From a virus (taxonomy: Duplodnaviria; Heunggongvirae; Uroviricota; Caudoviricetes), in IMG/VR virus record IMGVR_UViG_2645727555_000016, positions 1 to 31,562 of that record: a stretch of 31,562 nt of DNA; one strand, 5' to 3'. Of the stretch, positions 1-10,500 are shown piece by piece. A model generated the notes under the pieces. It made no database searches, was not told the origin of the DNA, and was given only the letters and a program-made list of their open reading frames with translations. Positions within the stretch are counted from its first letter, which is position 1. The number at the start of each line of letters is the position of its first letter. The position numbers were made by a program, and so were the translations under genes.

Positions 1-1
1 G

Positions 2-94
2 CAGAAAAAGCTTATTATGCTTCCATCGGAAACGATGATCTGGCAGCCTGAGTTCACAGATAAAACACTCTCCAGGAAACCCGGGGCGGTTCAG
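2..94. repeat. Left copy of a 93-bp perfect terminal inverted repeat; exact reverse complement of 31470..31562
   Basis: Manual reverse-complement comparison of the window ends: positions 2..94 match the reverse complement of 31470..31562 at every base; identity breaks at position 95 and at position 1. Confidence 0.85.
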
Positions 95-238
95 GTAGCA
101 CGACAGAATCCGGCGATACAGAAAGCATATGGAACAATGCCGCTCAACGGATGAAAGCAATCGCGCTTGAGACTATCGCTCAAGAGAAACGCCCTGGCGG
201 ATCACTCAACCCAAACACTCAACGTAACTAACTATCGA

Positions 239-256
239 CTGCCCCGACCGGGGCAG
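239..256 (+). other. Short GC hairpin (CTGCCCC-GACC-GGGGCAG) just upstream of the M-like gene; weak terminator candidate with no clear U-tract
   Basis: 7-bp perfect stem with 4-nt loop read directly; followed by TCTC only. Confidence 0.3.
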
Positions 257-273
257 TCTCACAAGGATGTGAG

Positions 274-609
274 ATGGAAAGACAAACGTTTAATTGGTAT
301 CCAGATTACGAATCTGAAAAGAGCGTAAAACCGAATGTAACGGTACTTAATTTTGGTGATGACTACGAGCAGCGACAGGCTCAAGGTCTTAATCGTATTA
401 AAGAAGAATGGTCGTTAACCTTTACCAGATTATACAACGAAATTAATGCAATCGATGACTTCCTGACTGAGCGATCAGGCGTTGAATCGTTCTATTGGGT
501 TAATCCAAGAGGCAAGCAGATTGTAGTTGTATGTGACAGTCATACGGTCAAGCGATATCAGGGGTACTGTGTCTTAACTGCTACATTCAGACAAGTATTT
601 GAGGCTTAA
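274..609 (+). CDS. Phage minor tail protein M-like (lambda gpM-like)
   Basis: 111-aa ORF immediately upstream of L/K/I/J homologues; size and position match the lambda M-L-K-I-J order; RBS-like AAGGATG upstream. Confidence 0.7.
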   Translation: MERQTFNWYPDYESEKSVKPNVTVLNFGDDYEQRQAQGLNRIKEEWSLTFTRLYNEINAIDDFLTERSGVESFYWVNPRGKQIVVVCDSHTVKRYQGYCVLTATFRQVFEA

Positions 610-616
610 GCATCTG

Positions 617-639
617 GATAAGTAAGTACTAATTTACTA
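617..639 (+). promoter_or_regulatory. Conserved intergenic motif GATAAGTAAGTACTAATTTACTA (instance 1 of a recurring GATAAGTAAGTAC family), 53 bp upstream of the L-like start
   Basis: Near-identical 13-mer cores recur in the same orientation at 13064, 18110 and 23613, each upstream of a gene start. Confidence 0.45.
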
Positions 640-691
640 TTATTGTGGCGCTGACAGGATGTTAGCGCCTACTTATTTCAAGGATGAAACA

Positions 692-1390
692 ATGGGAATT
701 AAAGCTGATATTCAGAGCTTATCTCCCTCTGCACTCATTGAGTTGTTCGTATTGGATATGTCGAACACAACTTCAGGGGGGAAGCTATTCTTCCACGCCG
801 GAACAAACGAACTGATGCAACCGGTCGTCTGGCAAGGAGTGACATACGAGCCGTGGCCAATCAAAGCATCAGGCTTTGACAAAACTGGCCAGGGAACGTT
901 GCCACGTCCAAAAATTCAGGTATCGAACTTTGCCGGAACCGTCTCTGCGGAAGTTCAGGCGAACGATGATCTTGTTGGCTGCCGCATTATTCGCAAGATG
1001 ACGCTGGCTCGCTTCCTCGATGCCGTTAATTTTAAAGACGGCAACCCAACAGCAGATCCAAACCAACATTTCCCGGATGAAATGTGGTTTATCGAACAGA
1101 AAACTCTCGAAACTCATCAGGTTGTCGAGTTTGAATTGTCCAGTGTGTTCGATTTGATGGGGGTGCAACTGCCGTATCGTCAGATCATTAAAAACACCTG
1201 CCCGTGGAAATACCGAGGGCCAGAATGCGGCTATACCGGTCCATATTTCGACAAAAATAACCAGCAGACGTCTATGTCTGGTGCGGATTACTGCACAAAA
1301 CGTTATGACGCCTGTAATGCGCGTCGGAATTATTTTGCCGACGGTGTGATCCATTTTGGCGGATTTATTGGAGCTACGCGGTATGGGTAA
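692..1390 (+). CDS. Phage minor tail protein L-like (lambda gpL-like)
   Basis: ORF 659..1390; likely true start ATG 692 (MGIKADIQ) preceded by AGGA RBS; position between M-like and K-like genes. Confidence 0.8.
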   Translation: MGIKADIQSLSPSALIELFVLDMSNTTSGGKLFFHAGTNELMQPVVWQGVTYEPWPIKASGFDKTGQGTLPRPKIQVSNFAGTVSAEVQANDDLVGCRIIRKMTLARFLDAVNFKDGNPTADPNQHFPDEMWFIEQKTLETHQVVEFELSSVFDLMGVQLPYRQIIKNTCPWKYRGPECGYTGPYFDKNNQQTSMSGADYCTKRYDACNARRNYFADGVIHFGGFIGATRYG

Positions 1391-2180
1391 TAAAGCAATC
1401 CATGAGCTTGGCTCTGACGTTATGCAGCAAATCTATCTCTGCGCCATAAATCGCTACCCTAATGAAGCGTGTGGCTTTCTGGTTAGAACTAATGGCGACA
1501 AATATCGCTTTATGGAAGCGCGGAATGTTTCGGAGAACCCGCAGAACACTTTTGTAATGCACGTTGACGACATTATGGCGGCAGAGGATGCGGGTGATGT
1601 TATCGCAATCTGGCATTCACATACTGATGAATCAGCAGAGGCATCTGATGCCGATCGTGCAGGCTGCGAAGCGACGGAAGTTCCGTGGATGATTCTGGCT
1701 ATTCGCAAGAATGTTGAGGGAGATGCCCCTTTCCATTTTAGCGAGATGAATGTGATCACTCCTGATGGTTTCGAAATGCCATACCTGGGCAGACCGTATG
1801 TATTTGGCGTATTCGATTGCTGGATGTTGTGTCGGGACTATTTGAAGCGTGAGTTTAACGTCGAACTAAACCCGAACGCACACCTGCATATTCCATCGTG
1901 GTACACCGGCGATAACGACATTCTCGATCAGAACTACCGTAACGAGGGATTGGTGCGTCTTGCGCCCGGAACAGAGCCTCAACGTGGGGACGTATTCTTT
2001 ATCCAATACGGGAAAATGCCTGACCACTGCGCGGTTTATATCGGCGATGGAATGATTCTTCATCACCAGATCGACCGCCTAAGTTGTCGTGCTTATTACG
2101 GCGGAATGTATCAGAAACATACGACGCATCACTTGCGTCACAGAGACTTGCTCAAGGGAGATGAGACGTGTCTGAGTTAG
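1383..2180 (+). CDS. Tail assembly protein K-like (JAB/MPN metalloprotease domain plus NlpC/P60 cysteine peptidase domain)
   Basis: JAMM motif HSHTDESAEASDAD (HxH-x7-S-x2-D) preceded by a conserved Glu (NEACGFLV); NlpC/P60-like Cys (FDCWMLCRDY) and downstream His (PDHCAVYIGDGMILHH); start uncertain (1356/1383/1422). Confidence 0.8.
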   Translation: MGNKAIHELGSDVMQQIYLCAINRYPNEACGFLVRTNGDKYRFMEARNVSENPQNTFVMHVDDIMAAEDAGDVIAIWHSHTDESAEASDADRAGCEATEVPWMILAIRKNVEGDAPFHFSEMNVITPDGFEMPYLGRPYVFGVFDCWMLCRDYLKREFNVELNPNAHLHIPSWYTGDNDILDQNYRNEGLVRLAPGTEPQRGDVFFIQYGKMPDHCAVYIGDGMILHHQIDRLSCRAYYGGMYQKHTTHHLRHRDLLKGDETCLS

Positions 2181-2758
2181 TTCATGTGCAGCTTGGCGGC
2201 CCTATGGCCAAACATTTTGGCCGCCACTGGCATCTAAAGGTGCGTAATACAAAACAGGCTCTGGATTTAATTGAGGCCAACAAGCCTGGGTTTAAAGCAT
2301 GGATGAAGCGCAATATCAAAACCTATGACAGATACCACATCCAGATCACCAATAAACAGGGCCACAAGTGGTCTGTGGACGAGAGTGAATATCAGATGAT
2401 GGGGCAGTCTGACAATATTGCAAAAATCCGCATTACCCCTGTTCCGCGAGGAAGTGGTGGATCTGCTTTTGGATGGTTTCAGACGGTTGTTGGAGCAGTA
2501 TTAATGGTTGCCTCGATATGGGTGCCCGCTCTTGCGCCTCTCGGTTTGTCACTGATGATGGGCGGTATAGCGCAAATCATATCTCCGCAAGCCACTAACG
2601 AAAGTGTGAGGCAGGCGGATAACTCGAACTCTTATTACTTTGATGGACCTCAAAACACAACAAACCAGGGGAACCCTGTACAGCTTATCTATGGCGAGGA
2701 AATTTTAGTTGGCTCACAGGTCGTGAGTTCTTCTATCACCATCGACCAGCTTATGTAA
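2168..2758 (+). CDS. Tail assembly protein I-like (lambda gpI-like)
   Basis: 196-aa ORF between K-like and J-like genes with a hydrophobic central segment; overlaps the K-like stop as in lambdoid tail modules. Confidence 0.7.
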   Translation: MSELVHVQLGGPMAKHFGRHWHLKVRNTKQALDLIEANKPGFKAWMKRNIKTYDRYHIQITNKQGHKWSVDESEYQMMGQSDNIAKIRITPVPRGSGGSAFGWFQTVVGAVLMVASIWVPALAPLGLSLMMGGIAQIISPQATNESVRQADNSNSYYFDGPQNTTNQGNPVQLIYGEEILVGSQVVSSSITIDQLM

Positions 2759-2769
2759 TCAAGGATTTT

Positions 2770-5700
2770 TTGGACATGGAACAGTTCAAGAAGAAAAAAT
2801 TACCGCTTCTTATTGCCGGTGCTGGTGGCAAGAAAAGTAAAAGCTCCAGCCGTACCCCGGTTGAAGCTGATGATACTGTCAATTCTCGTGCTATGGCAGC
2901 CATCCTCGACCTTCTTGGCGAGGGGGTTATCGGTGGCCTGGTAAATGGCGCAAAGTCGATCTTCATCGACGATTTACCGATCTTGAATGAAGATGGCTCT
3001 TCCAACTTCAGCGGTATTACATGGGATTTTCGTGACGGCTCACAAGATCAGACGCCAATGGCTGGTTTTGATTTTGTCGAAACGCCTAAGTCCGTAAATA
3101 TTCAGCTTAAAAAAACACACGACGTTACGGTTTCAATCGATAACGATGAAGCTGATCGCGTTCGTGTCATCATGAAATTCCCCTCTTTACGTAGCGTTGA
3201 TAAAAGCTCTGGCGATACAAATGGCACTACGGTGAAGTACAAATTCCAGATCGCCAACGCAGACGCAACATTTTCTGATGTAGTGGCAGAAGGTGAGAAA
3301 AGCGTTGATATCACGCTAACGGCAAAGAAAACCGGCGTGTATTACCGTAGCTATGAGCTGAAACTGCCTAAGCCTGGTCGTGCATACAAGGTTAGGGTGA
3401 TTCGTCTTACAGATGATAATAGTAGCCAGTACCTCTACAACGACACATGGGTTGATTCCATCGGTGAGATTGTCGACACGCCAATGAACTACCCTAACTC
3501 TGCTCTTGTTGGCTTGAAGGTCAATTCAGAGCAGTTTGGTAGCACAATGCCTTCCCGTTCGTATTTGGTGCGCGGTATCAAAATCCGAGTACCGTCAAAC
3601 TACAACGAATACACCAATACTTATGTCGGCGTATGGGACGGTACTTTTAAGCTGTTGTCTTCTTCAAACCCTGCGTGGATTCTCTACGATTTGCTTACCA
3701 ATACTCGGTATGGTCTTGGGCAATTTGTGTCGGAATCCATGATTGACCTCGGCCAGCTCTACCAGATTGGTCGATATTGTGACGAAGAGGTCGATGATGG
3801 CTTTGGGGGTAAAGAGAAACGCTTTGCAATCAATACGCAGATCACCAGTCGACAAGACGCATACCGATTAATTCAGGATATTGCCGGTGCATTCCGCGGC
3901 ATGGTGTTTTGGGCTGGTGGCATGGTTAACATCATGCAGGATAGCCCATCAGATCCGGTAATGATGTTTACCAACTCCAACGTCAAAGATGGACTGTTTA
4001 CCTATAAAGGTTCTGCGCGTAAAGATCGCCCATCCGTTGCGCTCGTAACCTACAACAACAAGGAGGACGGTTATAAGCAAAATATCGAGTACGTTGAAGA
4101 TCAGGACGCAATGCGCCGTTATGGTGAGCGTAAAACAGAAGTCGTAGCATTTGGATGTACAAGCCGAGGCCAGGCTCACCGAGTTGGTTTGTGGCTTTTG
4201 TATACCGCCAGAATGGAGTCGGATGTAATTACATTTACTGCCGGCTTAGACGCCTCATTTCTGATGCCCGGTGAAACCGTTCTGATTCAGAACAAATATC
4301 GTGCAGGTAAACGTAACTCCGGTCGAATTGTGGAGTTTACCAAAAACAGCATCACTCTCGATGCGCCTGTGTCGTTAGCTAAAAGCGGCAGCTTTATTCG
4401 GATATTGAATCAGGAAGGCAAAATCGTTGAACGCGATGTTCTTGAAACTGGCGAAAACATAACAAAGGTTACGTTTTCAAAAGCCCTGTCGTCAGCGGAA
4501 ACGCCTGTTTTGAACGGTGTCTGGACAATTACAGAACCAGATCTCGAACCTATGCGCGTTCGCATCGTTAACATCGCACAGGGGGAAACGCCGGGTAGCT
4601 TTGACATCACCGCTGTTGAGAACAATCCGTCTAAATATGAGGCAATCGACAATGGTGCAACGCTGATCCCGCAGAATACGACGGTATTGGACCCAACTTA
4701 CTCCAAGCCATCTAATCTGCAAATCACTGAAGGGACTTATCTCTCAAGCCCGGGCAACCTGTCAGTAAAACTGACTGCAACATGGGAAGGGAAATCTCCA
4801 GAGTATTGGATCAGTTGGCGACGTTCTGATGAAAACAATGTATCGAACTGGCAATCGGCGCGTGTAACCGAAGAGCAATACGAAATCGTTAATGTCGCGG
4901 AGAATGGACGCTACGACTTCCAGCTGTATGCGGTTTCATTCAACGGTAAAAAAACAGAGATTATCAGTACCGTTTATCAGGTGTTGGGCACAATGACACC
5001 GCCGGATGCCCCAACGTCATTAACGGCCGTTGGAGACTATCGTAATGTGATACTGAATTGGGTTAATCCAGATTCGGTAGACCTTGATCACATTAATGTT
5101 TACGCATCCCAGACCAACAATCTGGATACGGCGAAACTGATCGCAGAGTCTGCAAGCACCACCTTTACACATGCTGGTCTTGGGGATAGCGAAACGTGGT
5201 ATTACTGGGTTCGAGCATCGAACAAGCGAGGTATGTTAAGTCCTCCGAACTCAAACTTGGGTACAGAGGCGACAACTCGCGATGTACTGTCGTTCCTGAC
5301 TGGCAAAATTACATCTTCCGAGCTTGGTCAGGCTCTGCTTGAGGACATCAACAGCAAAGCCTCTCAAGAAGCAGTTGACGAGTTAAATGAGCATATCAAC
5401 CAGAGCGTCGAATCTTTGGAGGGGGCGGTAAACGACGTTAAGGAAGATATAGCTGAATTAGATAAGCAGTTCAGCGATAACCTCGCGGATTTTGAAATAA
5501 AATTCAACGAGCGTAGCGATGCTTTGGAGAACGCACAAACCGAGCTTAAAGGTGAGGTTTCGGCAACGATCGACAAGGTCAATGAAGCGTTTGAAAAAAT
5601 TGATGCTACTGATGCTGCAATTGTTGAAATCGAAAACACCGTATCTGAACACGATAAAGCTCTCGCTAATACAGTCGAGGCAATAAAGGCTGCAAGAGAT

Positions 5701-7500
5701 GAAGCGGCGGCTCTTATTGCTAAGGAAAGCGAGGCTCGTGTTGAAGGCGATGCTGCAAACGCTAAACAACTGGAAGTGTTGCAGTCAACGGTAGAGGAAA
5801 GCTCCGCTGCCGTTGAAGAAATGAAAAAGACGGTTGCAGAGGTCGATCGTGCCAGTGCAGAACTGACTACGAACATTGAGGCGTTAGCCAAAACAAATAT
5901 TGACTTGGCTCTTCGTCAAGATGAAGACCAGCACAAGCAGATGGTCAATAACGCGAAGATCGCAACAACACAGAAAACCTTTGCTGATGATATGTCTGCA
6001 ATGGCCACGAAGGTTGAGGAAATTCGCGTAGAAATTGGCGAAGACATTAAGGCCAGTATTCTGGAAGAGTCCACCGCTCGTGCCGATGGCGATGAAGCGT
6101 TGGCAAAGCGTGTCACTCAGCTGCAATCTAAGTTTGAAGGAGATATCAGCGCGGCGATTAGTACAGAGCAGGAGGCTCGTACATCTGCCGATGAAGCTCT
6201 GACGACACAGATCACTCAGCTTGAGTCGAAAGTAAGCAACGATATCGTCGCAGCTATTAAGGAAGAGCAAGAAGCCCGAGCAACGGAAGATTCGGCTCTG
6301 GCAAGCCAGATCACACAACTTCAGGCAAAGGTTGATGATGATATTTCTGCTGCAATACGTAGTGAGCAGGAGGCCCGAGCAAGCGGGGACTCTGCGTTAG
6401 CCAAACAAATAAACCAGCTTCAGTCAAAGGTTGACGGTGATATATCCGCTGCCATCACTCAGGAGCAGGAGGCCAGAGCAAGTGCTGACCAGGCGCTCTC
6501 ACGAGAAATTAACAGCCTGCGAGCACAAACCGGAACTGATATTGCCGCAGCGGTTGCTGTAGAGACAAAAGCAAGGACTGATGCCGATAGTGCATTGTCT
6601 ACCCAGATTACGTCTCTTACAGCAAAAGCTAATGATCTCGAGGCGTCTCTTGCCAGAGAAACAACGGCTCGTGCAGATGGTGATACCGCTTTAACAAAAG
6701 AGGTTTCAAGTTTAAAAGCACAGACAGCGAAAGATATTAGTGCGGCCGTTGCAGTTGAAACGCAGGCTCGAACTGATGCTGACTCGGCGTTGTCGTCTCA
6801 GATCACCAAGCTGACCTCTCAATACAAAGAGGATATTAAAGCGGCTGTAGCAACCGAAACGAAAACGCGTACAGAGCAAGATGCTGCATTGGCGACTCAA
6901 ATCACAAACTTAGAGTCTCAAACGGCAGCCAACATTTCCGCGGCGGTAACAACTGAAACGACAGCGAGAACGCAGGCAGATAATGCTCTGAGTGGGCGAA
7001 TCGATACTCTGAAAGCAGAGGTGGATGGAAATACCGCGACAATTCAACAGCAGGCAACAGCTATTGCTGATACCAACAAAAAAGTATCAACCGCGTGGAC
7101 GTTGAAAATGGAGACTTCAACGAGCGGAGGGCAGAAGTATGTTGCCGGTATTGCGCTTGGTATTGACACCACTGGGCTATCTCAGTTTTTGGTTCAGGCG
7201 GACAGGTTTGGTTTGGTCAACTCTGTTAACGGGAAGATCACAACGCCATTTGTTATCGAAAACAGTATCGCCTATATGAATGGAGCGTATATCAAGGATG
7301 GCACAATCACCAATGCAAAAGTAGGCGATCTGCAATCTACCAATTTTGTTAGCGGTAGATCTGGATGGCGGTTCGGCAAAAATGGAACGCTTGAGATCAA
7401 CGGTAATAGCGGCGGCAATGGGCGATTGGTTATAAATGGTCAGCGGATTGACGTTTATGACGATAACAACGTCTTACGAGTAAGAATTGGCCGTCTGTGA
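2770..7500 (+). CDS. Central tail fibre / host specificity protein J-like (lambda gpJ-like), enlarged to 1576 aa by an internal coiled-coil repeat array
   Basis: N-terminal region shows gpJ-like conservation (e.g. ...SGITWDFRDGSQDQTPMAGFDF...); large size; position after the I-like gene; fibronectin-III-like segment and C-terminal distal domain. Confidence 0.85.
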   Translation: MDMEQFKKKKLPLLIAGAGGKKSKSSSRTPVEADDTVNSRAMAAILDLLGEGVIGGLVNGAKSIFIDDLPILNEDGSSNFSGITWDFRDGSQDQTPMAGFDFVETPKSVNIQLKKTHDVTVSIDNDEADRVRVIMKFPSLRSVDKSSGDTNGTTVKYKFQIANADATFSDVVAEGEKSVDITLTAKKTGVYYRSYELKLPKPGRAYKVRVIRLTDDNSSQYLYNDTWVDSIGEIVDTPMNYPNSALVGLKVNSEQFGSTMPSRSYLVRGIKIRVPSNYNEYTNTYVGVWDGTFKLLSSSNPAWILYDLLTNTRYGLGQFVSESMIDLGQLYQIGRYCDEEVDDGFGGKEKRFAINTQITSRQDAYRLIQDIAGAFRGMVFWAGGMVNIMQDSPSDPVMMFTNSNVKDGLFTYKGSARKDRPSVALVTYNNKEDGYKQNIEYVEDQDAMRRYGERKTEVVAFGCTSRGQAHRVGLWLLYTARMESDVITFTAGLDASFLMPGETVLIQNKYRAGKRNSGRIVEFTKNSITLDAPVSLAKSGSFIRILNQEGKIVERDVLETGENITKVTFSKALSSAETPVLNGVWTITEPDLEPMRVRIVNIAQGETPGSFDITAVENNPSKYEAIDNGATLIPQNTTVLDPTYSKPSNLQITEGTYLSSPGNLSVKLTATWEGKSPEYWISWRRSDENNVSNWQSARVTEEQYEIVNVAENGRYDFQLYAVSFNGKKTEIISTVYQVLGTMTPPDAPTSLTAVGDYRNVILNWVNPDSVDLDHINVYASQTNNLDTAKLIAESASTTFTHAGLGDSETWYYWVRASNKRGMLSPPNSNLGTEATTRDVLSFLTGKITSSELGQALLEDINSKASQEAVDELNEHINQSVESLEGAVNDVKEDIAELDKQFSDNLADFEIKFNERSDALENAQTELKGEVSATIDKVNEAFEKIDATDAAIVEIENTVSEHDKALANTVEAIKAARDEAAALIAKESEARVEGDAANAKQLEVLQSTVEESSAAVEEMKKTVAEVDRASAELTTNIEALAKTNIDLALRQDEDQHKQMVNNAKIATTQKTFADDMSAMATKVEEIRVEIGEDIKASILEESTARADGDEALAKRVTQLQSKFEGDISAAISTEQEARTSADEALTTQITQLESKVSNDIVAAIKEEQEARATEDSALASQITQLQAKVDDDISAAIRSEQEARASGDSALAKQINQLQSKVDGDISAAITQEQEARASADQALSREINSLRAQTGTDIAAAVAVETKARTDADSALSTQITSLTAKANDLEASLARETTARADGDTALTKEVSSLKAQTAKDISAAVAVETQARTDADSALSSQITKLTSQYKEDIKAAVATETKTRTEQDAALATQITNLESQTAANISAAVTTETTARTQADNALSGRIDTLKAEVDGNTATIQQQATAIADTNKKVSTAWTLKMETSTSGGQKYVAGIALGIDTTGLSQFLVQADRFGLVNSVNGKITTPFVIENSIAYMNGAYIKDGTITNAKVGDLQSTNFVSGRSGWRFGKNGTLEINGNSGGNGRLVINGQRIDVYDDNNVLRVRIGRL
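6070..7020 (+). repeat. In-frame tandem repeat array (about 11 units of roughly 81-84 bp, i.e. 27-28 aa) inside the J-like gene, encoding Ala/Glu/Gln-rich coiled-coil repeats
   Basis: Protein repeats of the form D[IV]SAAI..EQEARASADxAL..QI.QLQSKV seen back to back; antisense ORFs here are repeat artefacts. Confidence 0.7.
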
Positions 7501-7533
7501 TGGTGGAAAAAAAATTTTATATCGGTAAAAATA

Positions 7534-7553
7534 GGTGAGTATTTACTTAATGG
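7534..7553 (+). promoter_or_regulatory. Palindromic variant of the GATAAGTA motif (GGTGAGTA-TT-TACTTAAT) about 40 bp upstream of the tail-fibre gene, followed by GC hairpin GGCGGGC-N7-GCCCGCC
   Basis: Imperfect inverted repeat of the GTGAGTA/TACTTAA half-sites read directly; resembles the palindromes at 26286 and 22704. Confidence 0.35.
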
Positions 7554-7593
7554 CGGGCAAGGATAGCCCGCCAAATCAAGGAGCATATTCAAC

Positions 7594-10500
7594 ATGTGGT
7601 ACAGGGAAGGTACTATCACATTTACACAGGGTAGCAATACTCTGGTTGGGGCAGGGACAGCCTGGAACGTAACAGCTAATGGTGTGTTGCCGGGGATGAT
7701 CGTCATTGGCCCCGACAATAAGCTGTATGAGATCAAGCGCGTAACAAGCGATACGAATATTGTTCTCTCAGAACCTTATACCGGCGAAACTCAGTCTGAG
7801 GTTCCGTGCCGAATCATTACGACCTATGAAGGCGACTTAACACAGTTTAGCGCGCGCTTTACTGCGCTAATGTCGCGTATGTCGGCTGATTCCAAGTCCA
7901 TGCGCAGTTGGTTGACTACGCTGGATGAGGTGACAATCGAGCGTGAAGACGGTACAGAAGTGACCGTTAAGCCGCTGATACAGATTGTCAACGAGCACAA
8001 CGAAAACGTTGAGTGGTATAAAAATAACACCGACGCGATTGACGCTGCTGGCGACAAAGCTCGTGAGGCGGCGGCCAGTGCTGCCGCAGCAGCAGAAAGC
8101 GCCAATACCGCTGGAGAAAAAGCCTCTCAAGCGTCTCAAAGTGCATCCGCTGCAGAGTCCTCAAAAAGCGCGGCGGCCACCAGTGCCGGTGCCGCGAAAA
8201 CGTCTGAAACGAATGCTGCAGCGTCACAAAAATCTGCAGCCACTTCTGCATCCACCGCGACCACGAAGGCGTCAGAAGCTGCCACCTCAGCCCGGGATGC
8301 GGCGGCCTCAAAAGAGGCAGCGAAATCATCAGAAACGAGCGCAGCCTCGAGCGCCAGTAATGCCGCTTCCTCGGCAACGGCGGCAGGAAATTCCGCGAAG
8401 GCGGCAAAAACGTCCGAGACGAACGCCAGGTCTTCTGAAACGGCAGCGGGACAGAGCGCCTCGGCTGCGGCAGGCTCAAAAACAGCGGCTGCGTCGTCTG
8501 CCAGTGCCGCGTCAACAAGTGCCGGGCAGGCCTCAGCCAGTGCCACCGCCGCCGGAAAATCGGCAGAAAGTGCCGCATCGTCTGCTTCAACAGCCACAAC
8601 GAAGGCTGGCCAAGCCACTGAACAGGCCAGCGCAGCAGCGAGGTCTGCTTCCGCAGCGAAGACATCCGAAACGAACGCGAAAGCGTCGGAAACCAGCGCA
8701 GAATCCTCAAAAACGGCTGCCGCATCGTCAGCCAGTTCGGCGTCGTCATCGGCATCATCTGCGTCTGCTTCAAAAGATGAGGCGACCAGACAGGCGTCAG
8801 CAGCGAAGGGTAGCGCCACGACGGCATCCACGAAGGCGACAGAGGCAGCTGGCAGTGCGACGGCAGCAGCTCAGAGCAAAACTGCTGCTGAATCCGCTGC
8901 GACCCGTGCGGAAGCTGCTGCTGATCGTGCTGAAGAGATTGCCGGTGCAGTTGCGATGGAAGACGCAAGCCTTACAACTAAAGGTGTTGTGAAACTTAGC
9001 AGTGCTGTCGATAGCACCAGCGAATCACTGGCTGCAACTCCAAAGGCAGTTAAAGCTGCGAATGACAATGCGAATAGCCGATTGGCGAAGAGTCAGAATG
9101 GCGCTGATATCCCAGACAAGGGCCGCTTCCTGAGTAACATTAATGTTTACAGCAAAGGTGAAGTGGATAAGAAAAAGGGGATGCGAAAATACACTTTCTC
9201 TGCTCCTGCAAATGCAGTAAGCGGTAAGTGGTATCCTGTAGTCTTTCGCCGAACTGGTGGTGGCACAGATGAATTAGCCTCACGAGTGGTTATCACCACT
9301 TATTCCTCAGCTGGCGGATACGCCATGAATAATTGTGAATTTAATGGGTTTGTTATGCCTGGCGGTTGGTCTGATCGCGGTTCATATGCGGCTGGTTTTT
9401 TCTCAATATATTCTACTGCTGAGCGAGCCATACACTCGATTATCGCAAGCGTGAAAGATGATGATTTGTGTAGTGTATTTTACGTTGAGACAAGAGCATT
9501 CCCTATCCAGATTTTTGCTGAGGAAGGATTAAATGTGATTGTTCCAACGGCTGATTATGCAGTTGGTCAAACCACTTATAAGTGGGGGGCAACTGATCCT
9601 TTATCAGAAAGTACGAATGCACAGATAATTTTGGACTTTAAAAATGGACGAGGTTATTACTGTTCACATCCATTTATTTCAAGTCTTTCAGGAAATGCTG
9701 CTACAGCCACGAAATTGCAGACGGCAAGATCTATCGGTGGAGTTGTTTTCGACGGTTCTGCAAATATTAACCTTCCAGGTGTAAACACTACGGGTAATCA
9801 GAACACCACTGGTAATGCTGCAACTGCTACAAAACTTCAGACGGTAAGAAAAATATCCGGTGTTCCATTTGATGGTTCTACTGATATCACTTTAACCGCT
9901 GCGCATGTTGCCGCTTTCGCAAGAAGGGCAACAGGGTCATATGCGGATGCTGATGGTGGCGTGCCGTGGAATGCTGAATCTGGTGCTTACAATGTAAATA
10001 GAACAGGCGACAGTTATATTCTTGCCAACTTTTATACCGGAGTCGGAAGTTGCCGGACCCTGCAGATGAAGGCGCATTACAGAAATGGTGGTCTGTTCTA
10101 CCGTTCTTCAAGAGATGGCTATGGTTTTGAAAGTGGTTGGGAGCAGGTTTACACGACTGGATTTATGCCTCAGCCGGCTGATATAAACGCGCCAACCGCT
10201 GCCGCTGGATGGTTAAATAGTGGTAACGGAACGGCATTTACGACTGCTCAATTTATAACTTGGCTAAATAATCAGGGGGCATTTACAAACAAACATTGGA
10301 TCGCACGGTGCTCATGGACTTACGCCAACAATAATTATATAGACGACACTGGTTGCGGTAGGATCGATCTATCTGGTTCCGTGATTGAGGTGTTTAGTAA
10401 TAAGGCAACAAGCCACTACACTATTCGTGTTACAACGACAACAACATCGGGTCATGGTGGTGTTAACAATGCGGAATTTATTTATGTGTACAATGGAAGT

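Noticed and set aside
2-154. Open reading frame running from the window edge through the left inverted repeat (frame 2, stop at 152..154), possibly the 3' end of an upstream tail gene
   Set aside because: Most of it is the terminal inverted repeat, and its translation is simply the reverse-strand reading of the right end; without upstream sequence it cannot be told apart from a chance open frame.
869-2066. Antisense ORFs within the L-like and K-like genes (869..1354, 1374..1616, 1454..1759, 1866..2066)
   Set aside because: Embedded opposite well-supported tail genes; no start context or motifs.
3102-6900. Antisense and alternative-frame ORFs within the J-like gene (e.g. 5364..5891, 5458..5769, 5884..6318, 5916..6116, 4410..4652, 4492..4722, 6712..6900)
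   Set aside because: Fully embedded in a well-supported 1576-aa gene and concentrated in its tandem repeat array; products are low-complexity (Ser/Ala/Cys-rich) and lack ribosome-binding context.
7824-9068. Long alternative-frame ORFs on both strands (7985..8992 +, 7988..8968 -, 8136..8831 -, 7824..8105 -, 7867..8139 -, 8871..9068 -) inside the tail-fibre gene
   Set aside because: They lie within the GC-rich Ala/Ser/Thr low-complexity repeat region of the 1435-aa fibre gene; repetitive codons leave all frames open. Their products are Pro/Arg/Gln- or Ala/Asp-rich nonsense without start context.
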